From: Cycas panzhihuaensis
Lineage: Eukaryota; Plantae; Cycadophyta
Direction of reading: 5' to 3'
Assembly: GCA_023213395.1 (NCBI GenBank)
Contig: CM041465.1
Span: 159,471,741 to 159,535,740, forward strand
DNA: 64,000 bases
The number at the start of each line of letters is the position of its first letter. Within the stretch, counting starts at the first letter, position 1. The translations under genes were made by a program, and so were the position numbers. Below are positions 36,091 to 50,300 of the stretch, in pieces. Below the pieces are notes generated by a model. The model saw only the letters and a list, made by a program, of their open reading frames with translations. It was not told where the DNA came from and did no database searches.

Positions 36091-39000
36091 TGTTAGAATA
36101 TGTTAATATACTGATTAATGTAAAATGGGCTTATTTATGTGCCTAATATGTAGGTGGAATATTCTCAAGAGTAATGAGTTGGTAGATGTAATTATAATTA
36201 TATTTGGGAACTTTAGATCTATAAATATAGATCAAAGTCTAAACTATATAATATCATTAGATTATTAAAAATGTGATATAATATTATTTTATGGGTTTTC
36301 ACCTGTAAGGGTTTCCCATAACAATCTAGCATCCTGTGTGTATGTTTTCTACTATGATCTACCTGATATGAAAGATCCTATTGACCTTTACTTATATTTA
36401 TATTTCCCAAAATGGTATAAGAGCTTGTAGGTCATGCATAGCCAGAGTATTATTCTTGGATGGTCTAATCGATGGTGCTAAGTCATTTTGGCTTGCCTTA
36501 AGTGGATTAGCATGTTTGACAACCTTGCAGAATAGCCAAAAAGGTATAGATGATCATTGGAGGATCTCGGTAGCCTCTTATCTTTATTTACAAGCATTCT
36601 AAGCTCTATGGATATGTGTAGACAAGTGTACAAGCCTTATTACTCTGTTACCAGACATTTGAGCCATGTTTGAGCTTGCTAAATGTGCTAGATCTATTTG
36701 TTGATGATGCTACTAAGTGTGCAAGCCTTGGAAATAATTGCCAGCCCTTTGTTGATGTCAAAAGACTAGTGGGAGAGTGAAGAACCCTAGCAGAGTTGTT
36801 GTAGCACCTGTAATGATTAATACAATGATAAATTTGATCTCTCTTATTTGCAATTATATGAGAGAATTTAAGGATAATATTAGTCTCTTTATATATGTTT
36901 TACATAAGAGAGTAAGGTGGGTGTTATGGGTGAGATATGGTGACTTAGACTTAGTTCTCATTAGAATGTGACTTACATGAAGTAGCTTTAGGGGTGAAGA
37001 AAAGGGCATGCTAGGGCGATATTAGGTGATGAGGCACTTGTTACATGTGAGTTACATTGGATGTTGTTTAGGCAAGTTTGAGGGTAAGATGAGGCATCGA
37101 GTTACCTCTTTAAATGTGATTTACATAAGAGAGGATTGAGGGTGAGTATGAGGGTAAGAAAAATGGGAGAGCTTGAGATACCTTAGCTACATATATTGTA
37201 AACTTTGTTACTACTATATTAGTGTGTCATAGATCATTGTATGCATTTATATATATGTGATTTATTCAGTGAAATGATGTGTTTTATTTAGATTATATTC
37301 AATTTCTATTATATCAAATATATATGAGGTGACATAAAGTTTAAAATTTGCTTATATGAGTGGTTTTTAGTTGATGATAGATCATTATACTTTTGTTAGT
37401 TGGACTAATGGTAACATGAAGGTTTTCAACCTATTTAATACTAGTTCAACATGGGTGCATATTTGAACAAGTCCAATGTGGAACCGAGATAGTATGATTG
37501 ATGAAATTTGAAGTGTGAATAGAAAGGTCTATGATGAGAAGCCTTAAATCAGTTATGCCTTTGTCATGGTATAGAATGGTTGTCATGTAAGGTTATATTA
37601 TGAGAAAATATTATGATGAAGATGGTGAGGTTTGGTGCATGTTATGATTTGCCTCCCATGTTTTATGGTAGAAGTTGTAGCAGACAAGTATTGGGTACCC
37701 TTGTTGTGAATGTTCATGGCATATATTCCCCTGATGTTTTATGTTTAGACCAAGTCAAAATCCTTTGATTTATTTCTTTGGTGCATTGGAGTGCACGCAT
37801 CTTAGATAAAGATTATAGTAACAAGATTGCAAGAGTTGAAAACCTATGGGTTGTCTAGCTTACAAATAATATGATCTATAATGGAATGCATTATGATCAA
37901 TCTAAATGTTGATTCAAGAGTTGATGATGTATCATGTTGAGTATCATCTGATTATAAGTTTTATCCTTCATTGCTTCACTTTTATGAGCCATTATTCAAT
38001 ATTTGTGAAGGTTTGTTTGCTTAACATTATCTTTGAGATGGAAGCTAGACCTAGTGGAAGATTGATGATAAGGAGCTATTAGTTGAAGAGATACAGATTA
38101 CAACCCCATATTCCATTGATGGTTAAATACCTATAAGATGATTAAAGATCATGGATTGGCATGATAGTCAAAGCTTGAGATAGATACTAATATTCCAGTA
38201 AGTGATTATTCACAATGGAGAGTTATATTGAAATAAGGAACTTGGCCAATTTGTAAGTTGGTAAAGCTTGTTGCATAAGTGATCTCTAGTAAGAAAAAGG
38301 ATTTAGGTATAAGGAGACAATTTGCACCAGTTTTTATATTATTGGTCCATTTGATCCTTACTTTAATAGCTTCATATAGTTGGGTATCATATCAAATGAA
38401 TGAGATATTAACATTCCTTAACAGAGACTTGAAGAGGAGATTCACATGGCTCAAGTGACTCAAACTCTTAGCTTAGTCAAAGGAATATGGCTAAGTTATG
38501 TGGATAAAGTGTTACATACAGAGAGAGTTGTATGATTATAGGGACTTTTGGAGTCACATCCAAAAAATTGAGCACATACGAGGCATAACACCATTACATT
38601 TGAGTGAAGATCAGATCAGAGAAGATGTGGGTTAAAGATTGTCCAAGTGGAGATAAACTTGTGGATGTGTTCACTAAGTTCAAACTGAAGATTGCTACAT
38701 TGATATTCATGTATATTGGGTAAGGTTATCCTTAAGAGGGGATCTATTCCTAAGGATAAACCTTGTTACCCCATATTTACATTAAGAGGGGATGTTAGAA
38801 TATGTTAATATACCGATTAATGTAAAGTGGGCCTATTTATATGTCTAATATGTAGGTCAAATATTCTTGAGAGTGGTGAGCTTATAGATATAATTATAAT
38901 TATATTTAGGCACTCTAGATCTATATATATAGATCAAAGTCCAAATTATATAACATCATTAGATTGTTAAAAATGTGATATAATATCATTTTATGGGTTT

Positions 39001-39114
39001 TCGCCCATCAAGGTTTCCCACAGTAATCTAGTGTCTAGTGTGTATATTTTTTGTTGTGATATGCCTGATGTGAAAGATCTTGTTGACATTTTCTTATATT
39101 TATATTTCATAATA
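36091..39114 (+). mobile_element. Non-autonomous copia-derived LTR element nested in an integrase
   Basis: 322 bp LTRs 36091-36412 and 38793-39114, PBS TGGTATAAGAGC at 36413, PPT AAGAGGGGA, perfect TSD AGTAG; host frame TSR|DVIFHE is restored; faint RNase H remnant LVDVFTK at ~38660. Confidence 0.92.
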
Positions 39115-39337
39115 AGTAGAGATGTTATCTTTCATGAATATACAACATACAAAACCTGATGTTGATAAAGGTAAAGAAATTATTATTAATATTGAGCCTA
39201 ATCAATATTCAAAAGGTGAATCAAGTTTAATTCTAAGTTAAGAGCAAAGTAAAGGTCTAAAATGGCTTGTAATAAGTCATAATCCAAGTGATATTGTTGA
39301 TACAAATTTTGAAAGGATATTATTAAGATTGCAAGCT

Positions 39338-39499
39338 AGAGTTAATTATGCATTAATGTCTCAAGTGATGCAAAGTGATGAAACTTAAATATTTAATGAA
39401 ACTTCTAAAATTAAAGATAGAGTTAATTATGCATTAATGTCTCAAATGAAGCAAAGTGATGAATCTTAAATATTTGATGAAGCTTCTAAAATTGAAGAT
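39338..39499. repeat. 81 bp tandem duplication at the copia RT deletion point
   Basis: AGAGTTAATTATGCATTAATGTCTCAA...TTCTAAAATTRAAGAT x2. Confidence 0.85.
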
Positions 39500-42400
39500 A
39501 AAAAATCTATTTTAAGTTATACTTTTAATAATGGTTAAGCTATAATTACAAGGAATATGAAGAAATAACCTTAGTTTCTTTATCTATAATTGAATCAATG
39601 TACAAACTTATTAAAGTAGTTGCTTGTGAAGTAGTTTGGATCAAAAAGATATTATAAGACCTACATCAAACTTGGAGTGAACCTATAATGATTCATTGTA
39701 ATAATTTAAGTACAATTTACATGATGGAGAGTCTAATTTCCTATAACATAATGAAGAACAATGAGATTAAGCATCATTATATTTGAGAGCTAGTTCAACA
39801 AGGTCAAATTAAATTTCTTCATTATAGAATAGAAGATGAAGTTACAAATATTTTTACCAAGACATTATCAAAGATTAAGCATTGCTCATTTAAAGAAGAT
39901 TTTGGGTGTTTCCTCAAATATGCATTATGGGGGAGTATTGGAGAATGATAAGGAGTAAATTTAGGAGAAATGCATATTTGTGCATATTAATGATATTAAT
40001 CATAAAATATGGTGAGCCCCACATAAAAATAAATTATAGTATATAAAGACATCATTGATGTATTATTATTAGTGTGTATTGTAATATTATTACTTTATTG
40101 AATAAAATTCAAAGGTATCAAGAGATACCATTTTACTTCTAGTGTTTTATATTTGTTCATTATTATTTATTTTCTATTATACTTTAGTTTTTTAAAGAAG
40201 CAAATCCTCTTATTCAATGAAGCTTGATAAATCAACCCTTTATTTATCGAAAAAATTACATACTTAGCTTGTCAATTTCAAACCCTATCACCATGTAGAT
40301 TTAGTAGTTGATCATTTATATTGAGTTAAAAGTATTTTGAAAAATCTTAATATATTATTTTTATACTATTTTTATTCATTAAGATTAATTAAATTTATGC
40401 TTGAGATCTTATCCCCCTTTCTATTATAGATTGGTTATATGGGAGTGTACAGGTGACTAGGGGCTAGAATCTTAAGGGGTTAAAGCCCTATGTTTTTTTC
40501 TTTTTTTTCTAAAGGAGCTACTTAGATATATTTTTCCTATAACTTTTGATATAAGTGTCAAAATTTAATCCCTTCTAAACTATTAGAATCCTAATTTAGA
40601 GGCCATCATTTTGGACTACTAAATGATGAAATTTGGAGTTAAATTAATATAATAATTTTAGTTTTAAATTTATCTTTAATATTGGAGCCAATAAGGCAAT
40701 CATAAAAAATAGGGATAGAGGAGTACAACTTATAGATTGGTTAAATATTGAAGTAAGCCTTAAAATATCACTTTGAGCATAGAGAATTTAGTCTAATTAT
40801 TAATCTATATTTACATGGTAAGGCTTGTGAGTGGATATATAATGGACTTTCTCCTTAGACTAAGTGGATGGCCTTCTCAAGATGCTTTTCAAGTATATTC
40901 GATGAAAGAACTAGGAGGTAGTAGGATGAACAATAATGATAATGCTTTTACAAGTTTAAAGGAAAAATATTAAGAAGAAGATAAGGAAAAAAAGTCAATA
41001 GGAAGCCCTATCAAGAGCACAAGATATATTATAGAAATTAATAGCCAAACTAGAAGGTCTTTAGGAAAAATTAAGGGATTAGAAAGAAAAAATAAATGAG
41101 CCATCTATGCAAATTGAAGAATAATTTAGCGAGAAGCCCATTGATGAACTATATAATGAAAAGTCAAGTAACATACATGAATAAAGAAAAGTAACACCTA
41201 TCAATGAGTAATTTGAAGAAGAATGTAAAATGTGAAACACTTATGAAAAGGAACTTTCTTTAAATTCTAGTTATGCCTTATATTTATCCACTCCTTTTGG
41301 AATTTTCCTTATTCATCTTGATTTTCCAAACTTTGTAGCCTTGAAAAATCACTCACCCCTTACATAACATGATCATATACCTAAATTAAAACCTAAACAC
41401 TTAAATCCCTAACTCCTAATAGGCAAAATTATTGTTCCATTTAAGATACCTCTTTACATCTCATTCACTAAGAGAACTCTTAGTTACCATCCCTATATTC
41501 CTTATTTTTTGCTCTCCTTTTAACAAGTTTAATTTCCTAGTTCTATCATTGTACACCCCCCTCTATAAAACATTTAATCTTTCCCTATTATGCCTTAACT
41601 CACTTTACCACCAACCTTCTTACCTCCCAACATATTTTTCCCTTATCCTTTTACATTACTCTACATATTAACTTCTCATACCCACATCAAAACATCTTTC
41701 CTGTAAAGAATAATTACCCTTTATCCCCTACTTATTACCTATAAACCTCCCATACCCTAGGCTCACTCATAAATCCAAAATTATTTGCATCTTATTATGT
41801 ATGTCATCATCTTCTTATTTTTTTCTTAATGAACCTATAGTTCATAGATCCTATTTCATAATCAAATTCTCATATATACTATCTCCTAGTTTTTCCCCCA
41901 ATACAACTCAATAATACCCTATATGTGCTATGTTTTTCATTTCTCTCCTCTTGATATGTATCTAGATAAAACTTCCATTATGTCCTCAATCCCTCATTTG
42001 CTATCTTTTCCTTATTATCTATAAGAATATGTCACTCCTTAATCTTTCTTATACCATATACCAATCATACTTCTTAATCACACCCAACTTTTAGAATCTA
42101 TTTCATATGTCCTTTCTTACATTTACAAAATAGTTCATATCCTCCCCATCATCCCCCTTTTAAATCCCTCCTTTTACATCTAATTTCTCTTATCTAATCT
42201 CATCTTTACCTTCATCCTCCACATATTTCATCCACATAATTATTCACCCTAATCTATTGGCACTATTACCTTCCTATATTTCATATTCTCTTTATACTCT
42301 AAAACCTTGTTCTTACCTTTTATCTCTTATATATACTTCTCGTATATATCATGTTGATCATGTGTATCTATGTTATTACCTAACTCATATCTCTTATCAC

Positions 42401-43223
42401 CGTCACATCACTCATAATTGAATCACTTATAAGTCAATCCCCAACTGAACTTACCTCATTACCTTTACTCTTTAACCCTTTATACTTTGAATTTCCTACA
42501 TTAGCTTCTCTAATATCATTTCCATAATTCATATATTTCTTTTGCATTCCCCCATTTCCCCTTCAAGGATAATTATAAATGAGAATAATGTACAAATAAA
42601 AGGCAAGACCTCAAGTAATTTGAAGTTGGCACATATAAATCTATAATTGTTTAAGTATAGAGTATCATGAAAAATCCATCTTGAATAGGGAATTATCAAA
42701 TGGGATACATATGGGTTACTTTAAGAAGACAACTTAAAGGAGAATTTAATACCTATAATATTTTTTCCTTAATAGGTGGTGGATTAAAGACGTGCATTAC
42801 TTATCCTACAGTTATGGATAACACTACATAAGGAAATACATGTTCTAGATCTATAAGCAACAAAATAATAGTACTTTGAGTGTAAAGTATTTTATAAAGA
42901 ATGGGAAGATTATAACAATCCTAAAATTAATGATAGGAATCAAAATTTATTTTTATTTATGAAGTTAGCTATTTAAAGGTGGTCATTTTTACACCTATAA
43001 AAATGAAGGCTTTAATTTGTTTATGTATGTCATTTTATTTTATTATGGGTTAATCTTATTATTTGGTGCTTTTATGTTTAAAAAATTGCCTCATTCCATC
43101 ATTAATTACTATTACTGTTTATTGGAACTATAGTCTTTCTATGATATTATTGAATGTGTATTTACTATATTTTGAGGCATTATCATTTACAATTAAAATT
43201 TATTATTAGACTGACTAAGGGTA

Positions 43224-45737
43224 CAAGGATGAACCAAAACTAAAGAAAGCTTAGGATGGAAGAAGTTAAAGAAAATAAGGAATCTATATAAGCTACCTTC
43301 ATATAGAACTAGTGAAAAATGTCGAGGTGGAACAAACCACCTATACATGCATCAAAGAAAGGATTTCCCTTTACATAGTCTTCTTTTCCATATGGTACAT
43401 ATTCCTATGATCCTTGATACTTTCTAATGGATTATTATAAACCACAGAGATATTTGAATCCCTTTAGATATCCTAAAAATTCCTCATATGCCTAATTATT
43501 AACTAATCCATATTATTCACCCTAGTATATATGCAAAATCCTACATATTTACCAAATATGCAATGTTCATATTGTATGCCTATGTATATGCAAGGTTCTA
43601 GAATGCAAATGTATTTCCTACCCAAAAATTAAGAAATGGGTGCAAGTACACCACAAAATCTAGCCTATTTTCACATAGTATTAGTGCCTTGGTTAACCTT
43701 ACCTATATAAATAGTTCTAAATCCAAGATTACTAAGACCAAAAGGGCCATATGTTACATATGTAGGAACATTAAATGATTCTAATAAAGGGTGGATGTGT
43801 TTTATATAATATCAAGGAGAGTTATACTTACCTATATAAATCAATAAAATAACAAAATTTATAAGCATATAGACTTCCTTCATAAAGCAAATAAGAGAGG
43901 AATAAAGAACATAATAAATATATATATGATAAATGAGAAGAATGAAAAAAGATTTATATAAGAGCAATCTTTTCTATTACATCCACCTATAGAGGTTAAG
44001 AAAAATTAAAGTTTTATGCAACATGAGGATAGGCAAGTTGTGAAAGATCATTCAAGCCAAGAAAAGTCATTTTGATAGTTACCCTTATTTGTAGGTGAAG
44101 GTAAGTTACCTTTGTTTGCATATGAATGCAACTCTACACTATAAATTCCAACAAATAAAGGACTAATTAAAGGATCGACCAACAACTCTAGAAAAGACAT
44201 TCCTTTTCCAATAAGGTTCTAACAGCATGAAAAATAAGAAAATAATTTTCCTTCTTATTTAATATAGTAATATAAACACATTTTTGTCAAGATTAAACTA
44301 TTGTAAGTGATAAAAGACACAATAGTCTATACCAAATGAGTGGTTGATTTGTTCAAGGAAATAAGGATCAAGAAACATCAAGAACTAAAATTTATCACTT
44401 TGGTGGGTCTAATTATATATGTGATCTAAGATAAAGATCACAAAGTATAAGGATCCTAGAAATCTAGAGGTGGACATTTCTATTAGTGGCATAAGATTGA
44501 AAAGAGTCTTAGTAGATCTAGGTGTAGCTATTAAAATGATGACCTTTAAGAAAATGCAATGATTATAGATTGAAGGAATGCAAAATATATTGGCTATGGT
44601 ACTAGAAATCCATTTTGATAGATATTATAGTGTAGATTTGCGACTAAAATTTTCTAGTTAATTTTATGGTGGTCAAGCCAAAGGGGGATTTGGAGGGGTA
44701 TCATATCATTTTGGAGACACCCTAGGTAGCTACTATAAATTCCATGATTTCTTATTGATTTGGTGGAATAATAATCACCAATAGAGAATGTTGAAAAGCC
44801 TTGATGTTATTTACACTTGTGTAACTATCCATAAAAGTGAAATACGAGAAGCAACTAGAATGTATTGAGTTAGATGAGGAGGATAATCTTAAGGGATATT
44901 AATTTCTCACACACAATTGGAATGTTGATGATGACAAATATATCACATATAAATATGCTAGAATATGTGAGTATATCAAGAAAAAGAGATTCTCTCATAT
45001 GATAGAAATAATAGTAGATTGAGATAGGGATAGTATTATATTCCATTCCTTAAATTAAGAGGCATATTTGTGAGAGAAAGATAGAGGTGGATAGTTTATT
45101 TATTTTTGTAGCATTTATTTAGAAGACACTATTTTATGTAATGTTAAATAAATGAAAACATGTTTAATAAAACTCACTAATAATAAAGTCTTGTAAGTTA
45201 GGCAAATGTATTTAGAAGACAGATGAGACTACATACATTAAGTATTAGAGCAATACTTATGTGAATTTATATGGGCAAATGAGAGCTTCAAAGGGATAAC
45301 CCATGAATTATGTCAACACTACATTTTTATTAAGGATGGTAACCCACTAACTAGGTAACCTCAAAGAAGACGTAATCTAAAAATGCTCCAAATCATGAAG
45401 AAGGAATTAAAGAAGCTTTTAAATGTTGGACCTATTTACCCAATTTTTTGTTGCAAGGGGTTTTTTCCATTGGTAGTGGTACTTAAGAAGAGTGGTAAAT
45501 GGAAAATTTTCATAGACTATTGAGAGTTGAATAAATTCATATGAAATGATTACTTTACAATACCCTTCATTGATTAAGTGCTTGATAAATTAACAAGATG
45601 GTAATACTTTTTTGTTCTTGACATATTTTTTATATATAATCAAATCACAATTATACTAGAACACTATAACAAGATGATATTTACTTATTTATAAAGGATA
45701 TATATGTACAAGGTATTACCTTTTAGATTATGCAATG
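43224..45737 (+). pseudogene. Athila-like Ty3/gypsy gag-protease-RT(N-terminal) relic; upstream part probably at 31053-31286
   Basis: Protease RVLVDLGVAIKMM (~44505); RT MKKELKKLLNVGPIYPI..PLVVVLKKSGKW..IDY..LN..IPFID..LPFRLCN. Confidence 0.82.
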
Positions 45738-47349
45738 GTTAAAATTTATGAAACTACTTATGCAAAAGCTTTGATATGATATTAAAATTCTTGAATAAGT
45801 TATTATAATATATTAAAATTTATTGTATAGGATAATAAATTATGTAATGAAGTAGGAGTAATGTGAATCATTTATCAATATATAACTTATAATAAATAAT
45901 AATAAAATGTGAATCATTCATGAGGTGTTTATGATAAACATCAAACACATTAAATGAAATATATACATATCATTATAGCACAATCATATACATAAGAAAG
46001 ATATCATCATAAGATGCCTAATTTATATGTGGAAAATCATAGATGTAAAAAATCATAAGAGACGAGTAAAACTTAACTCTCTCCATTAGATCATCTCAAA
46101 TATTCAAATAGTATGTGTATGTATTTATAAATCCATCATCTCATGTATCAACCAATAGTTTTGTACAAACACATCAACTAATAAACTCATGTGTGAGAAC
46201 CTTTTATATTGACAAATAATATCTTGACCACTAATTAAACATTACATTAACTTTTGTGAAACTTAATATTCCAACACTTTCCAATGTTTAATTCATGAAA
46301 TTTTTTAAATTCCTTTATAATTTTCATATTGAAATTTTATGCTACATCACTTGCTCATCATGTATCCTCATATCTCCTATAAATATCATCAAACTTATCT
46401 TCATTATAGCTTATAACTTATGTCCTATAAGTAAATGCCATATCATCCCATATTGTCAACATATTACATCACCTCATATAAATCATTATTAAACGTGACT
46501 TAACAAGTTGCCATGATTTATTTTCAACAACTTCATATTTTCCTAATGTAAGCTATAAAATAAACTCATGAACAAACCAAATTCACTAATGCCCACATAA
46601 AATAACAATCTATTGAATGCATAGGTAACCAATCATTACAATCACTAGTTATCTAGGAAATATTTCTTATATGTGGCTCATCAACTTTATAAACGAAAAA
46701 AATAACATAATGTGATTAGACAAATAAATTGTAATAAGAGTGACCTATGAATATTCTCTTGCCTCTTATCCTATGAGATATAGAAAATTCATGTGTGACC
46801 TTGATAAATAATTCTATATAAAGTAATTATTAAAGGTTTATTTGGAAACCAATTACTATTGATAATGGGGCTTATAATATCCATAGTCTACAAACTATAT
46901 ATTTTTATCTTGGGTAGTCATCTTATTTCTTGTTTAATATATTGACTAAGGGTTATATAATCTTATAGAAGTATTTAATAGCTACCATTGAATAGTGCTT
47001 ATTTATGATGGAGTCGGAGGAGCAGAGCAGGACATCACGACGTTCTCATCTTGAGTACAACGGCAATTTCTAATAGAGTGGCGGTGTTAATAAACACCAG
47101 GGAGGTATTCCCAACCCTTAAATAGAGAATTCGGGGAGGCGTCAGGCGCCATCACCCTAGCTGCACAACAATTAAGGTTAGTTTGAAAAAATATTAAAAT
47201 AAATAAGCGTGATACACCTCACATGAGTGGTCGGTCAAGGCGGTATTGAGCGACTCAAGGTGCCCTAGGGGCCCTCAAAGGTGGCTTTGAGGGGCCCTAA
47301 GCGCCTTCAGTGCACATACATTGGGATTATTCCCAACATTCTCCCCCAT

Positions 47350-50300
47350 AAGCCCAATGTGTATGACTCCTAAATCATCTCTGAACTTTTCAAACTTGAT
47401 TTTTCCCAAGGCCTTTGTAAAAATATCCGCTGTTTGATCTTCGGTGCTACAATAAGTCAACTCTATCTCTTCTACTTGTACAAGTTCCCGAATAAAGTGG
47501 TATTAAGTTTCAATGTGCTTTGTTCTGTTGTGGAATACTAGATTTTTGGTCATTTGAATAGCGCTCTGATTGTCACACCAAATTTTAGTGGGACCTTGCT
47601 GTTTAATTTGAAAATCTTGTAAGAGTCTTCTTAACCAGATTGATTCACAGGCTCCTAACACTGCGGCTTTATATTCCGCTCACCGTGGATAAGGAAACAG
47701 TATTTTGTTTCTTTGTACTCTAAGCTACTGCTGCTGATCCCATACTAAATGCATAACTGGAAGTAGATTTTCTATCATCAATATCACTAGCCCAATCAAT
47801 CAGATAACCATTAATCGAAACTCGGATGTAGGTTTGTAGTATAATCCAAAGTCCAAGTCCCTTTAAGATATCCGAGGATTCTTTTAGCGACTGCCGTGAG
47901 ATGTCTTTGGATCTGCATAAATCTAGATACAACACTTACTAATATGTTATATCGAGGTCAAGTAGAGGTTAAATAAAGTAGGCTACCAATCGCTTGTCTA
48001 TAGTGAGTGGGATCAAGCAAGTTGAGTCATCTGTCTTAGACAGTTTAATTCCAATTTCTGCTAGTATTGACAATGGTTTATAGTTTGTCATATTAAATCT
48101 TTGTAGAAGGTCTAATATATATTTATGTTGAGAGATAAATATTCCTTGTTTATCTTGCCACACTTCCAATCCTAGGAAGTAGTGCATAAGACCTAAGTCT
48201 GTCATTTCGAATTCCTTACACATAGCTTCTTTAAATTGACTTAAAAGTTGAGAGTCATTTCCAATATAAATTAAGTCGTCTACGTAAAGTCCTACGATCA
48301 ATATCGAATTTCCTTTAATTTTAGTGTATAGATTTGGATCTGCTTGAGATCTTTCAAACCCTTCATCTTTAAAATATGTGTCTATACGGGAATACCAAGC
48401 CCTAGGTGCTTGTTTTAGACCATATAATGCCTTCTTTAACTTGTACACTTTGTTTTCTTCCCCCCTGACTTCAAAACCGAGGGGTTGAGAGACATAGATA
48501 TCTTCTTGGATATAACCATTTAAGAAAGCACTTTTACATCCATTTGATAAACAAAGGCCAACCCATTTGAGCTGCTAAACTTATTATCATGCGAATCGAT
48601 TCCATTCTAGCAACTGGGGCAAATGTTTCAAAGATAGTCTATGCCTTCTCTTTGGGCATATCCTTTGGCAACTAAACGAGCTTTATATTTATCAATTGAT
48701 CCATCAGAATGGAACTTAGTCTTATAAACCCATTTGGTTCCAATGGCTTTCTTCCTTGGTGGTAAGTCTACAAGTTCCCAAGTGTCATTTTTAACGATAG
48801 ATTTATATTCCTCTTGCATGGCTTTTTGCCATCACTCATGTTGATTAGCCTCATCAAAAGTTTAAGGCTCATGACTTTCAAGTAACTTACTCATTAGAGC
48901 AAAGTTAACTTTGTGTGAACGTGTAGATCTTCGATTGTTATCTAATATATTTCCTAAGTCATGGTTGCGTTGAACCCATTTGGGTAGGGGTTTTGATGGT
49001 GGTTGAGGTGATGTTGTTTCCCTAGTAGTTTCCGGAGAGTTTCTCCACATAGGAGGCACATATTTGGATGTATTTGATGCATTGAACTTAATGGTAATGT
49101 CCTTCTGTTGTTCGTGATTATTTTGATAGTAGATGTCTTCTTGAAATTTGACATCCCTACTCAGTATAACTTTTCGGGATTTTGGATCATAAACTTTGTA
49201 AGATTTTGATGATTCACTATATCCAATAAAGATACATTTTACACTATGATCATCTAATTTGGTTCTTCTTTGGTCAGGGACATGGGCATAGGCTAAACAA
49301 CCAAATACCTTAAGGTGACGGATACTAGGTTTATAACCTGTCCATGCTTCTTCTGGTGTCTTCCCCCTAACGGCTTTTGTGGAACATCGATTAAGTAAGT
49401 AGACTGCAGTATGGACTGCTTCAGCCCAAAATTCATGGCCTAAGTTTTTATCTTTAAGCATACAACGTGCCATTTCTACTATAGTTCTGTTTTTCCTTTC
49501 AACTACACCATTTTGTTGTGGGGTGTAGGGGTTGGTATGTTGTCGCCTAATCCCATGTTGGATACAGTAATCCTTGAAGATATTAGAGGTAAATTCTCCC
49601 CCATTATCTGATCTTAAGGAGAGGATATGATATCCACTTTGTCGCTCAACGAAGGTTTTGAAGTCAACAAAGTGGTCGAAAGCATCAGATTTGTATTTGA
49701 GAAAGAACACCCAAGTCTTTCTTGTAAAGTAATCAATAAATGTAAGGAAATATTTGGCACCTGCCAAGGAGGGAGTGGCCATTGGGCCACAAATATCTGT
49801 GTAGACGAGTTGAAGAGGGCAGATGCCCGATGGCTAAAGTCTGGAAAACTTTCTCTATGATGTTTTCCAAGAAGGCATCCCTCACACAACTCTTTGTTAA
49901 CATTAATAGGGGGTAAGCCATTAACCATATCTAATCTTTTCATAAGGGCTAAACTGGTATAATTAAGGTGACCGAAACGTTGATGCCATAGGTCACTATC
50001 CATAGTAGTTGTGGTTCTAAGGGCATATGTTTCTGAGGGGGTGATAGTAAGTTTAAATAAACGATCTTTAGTCATGATACCCCTAGCAACAATAGCTTCA
50101 TTTTGTTGTTTGTCCTTGATGACACATTCGCCGTTGTCAAAAATTATTTTATAGTCTTGTCCCATAATCTGTCCTACCGATAGTAAGTTTTTCCTTAAAG
50201 CAGGGACATATAGAACATCATTTAAATATTTATATTCACCACTATCAGTCAATAAGGCAATGTTACCTTTTCCAATCGATTGGTGAGAAGTGTTGTCCAA

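Larger units (their letters stand above)
32374..40195 (+). mobile_element. Degenerate Ty1/copia (relative of 47006-55274) with RT deleted
   Basis: LTRs ~32374-32638 and 39936-~40195, PBS TGGTATTAAAAGC at 32641, PPT GGGGGAG; gag MTSS....IIPKF at 33939; integrase DLCGPM..VDDFTRK and TPEGAW..KP.VSNLKVFGC; RNase H relic 39500-39900. Confidence 0.88.
31287..43218 (+). mobile_element. Pol-less LTR retroelement (gypsy-derived, gag relic only) carrying nested copia insertions
   Basis: LTRs 31287-31582 and 42911-43218, PBS TGGTATCAAAG at 31585, PPT ~42897-42909, TSD GGGTA (31282-31286 and 43219-43223), gag relic LHGKACEW..W.AF...F at ~40810-40905. Confidence 0.85.
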
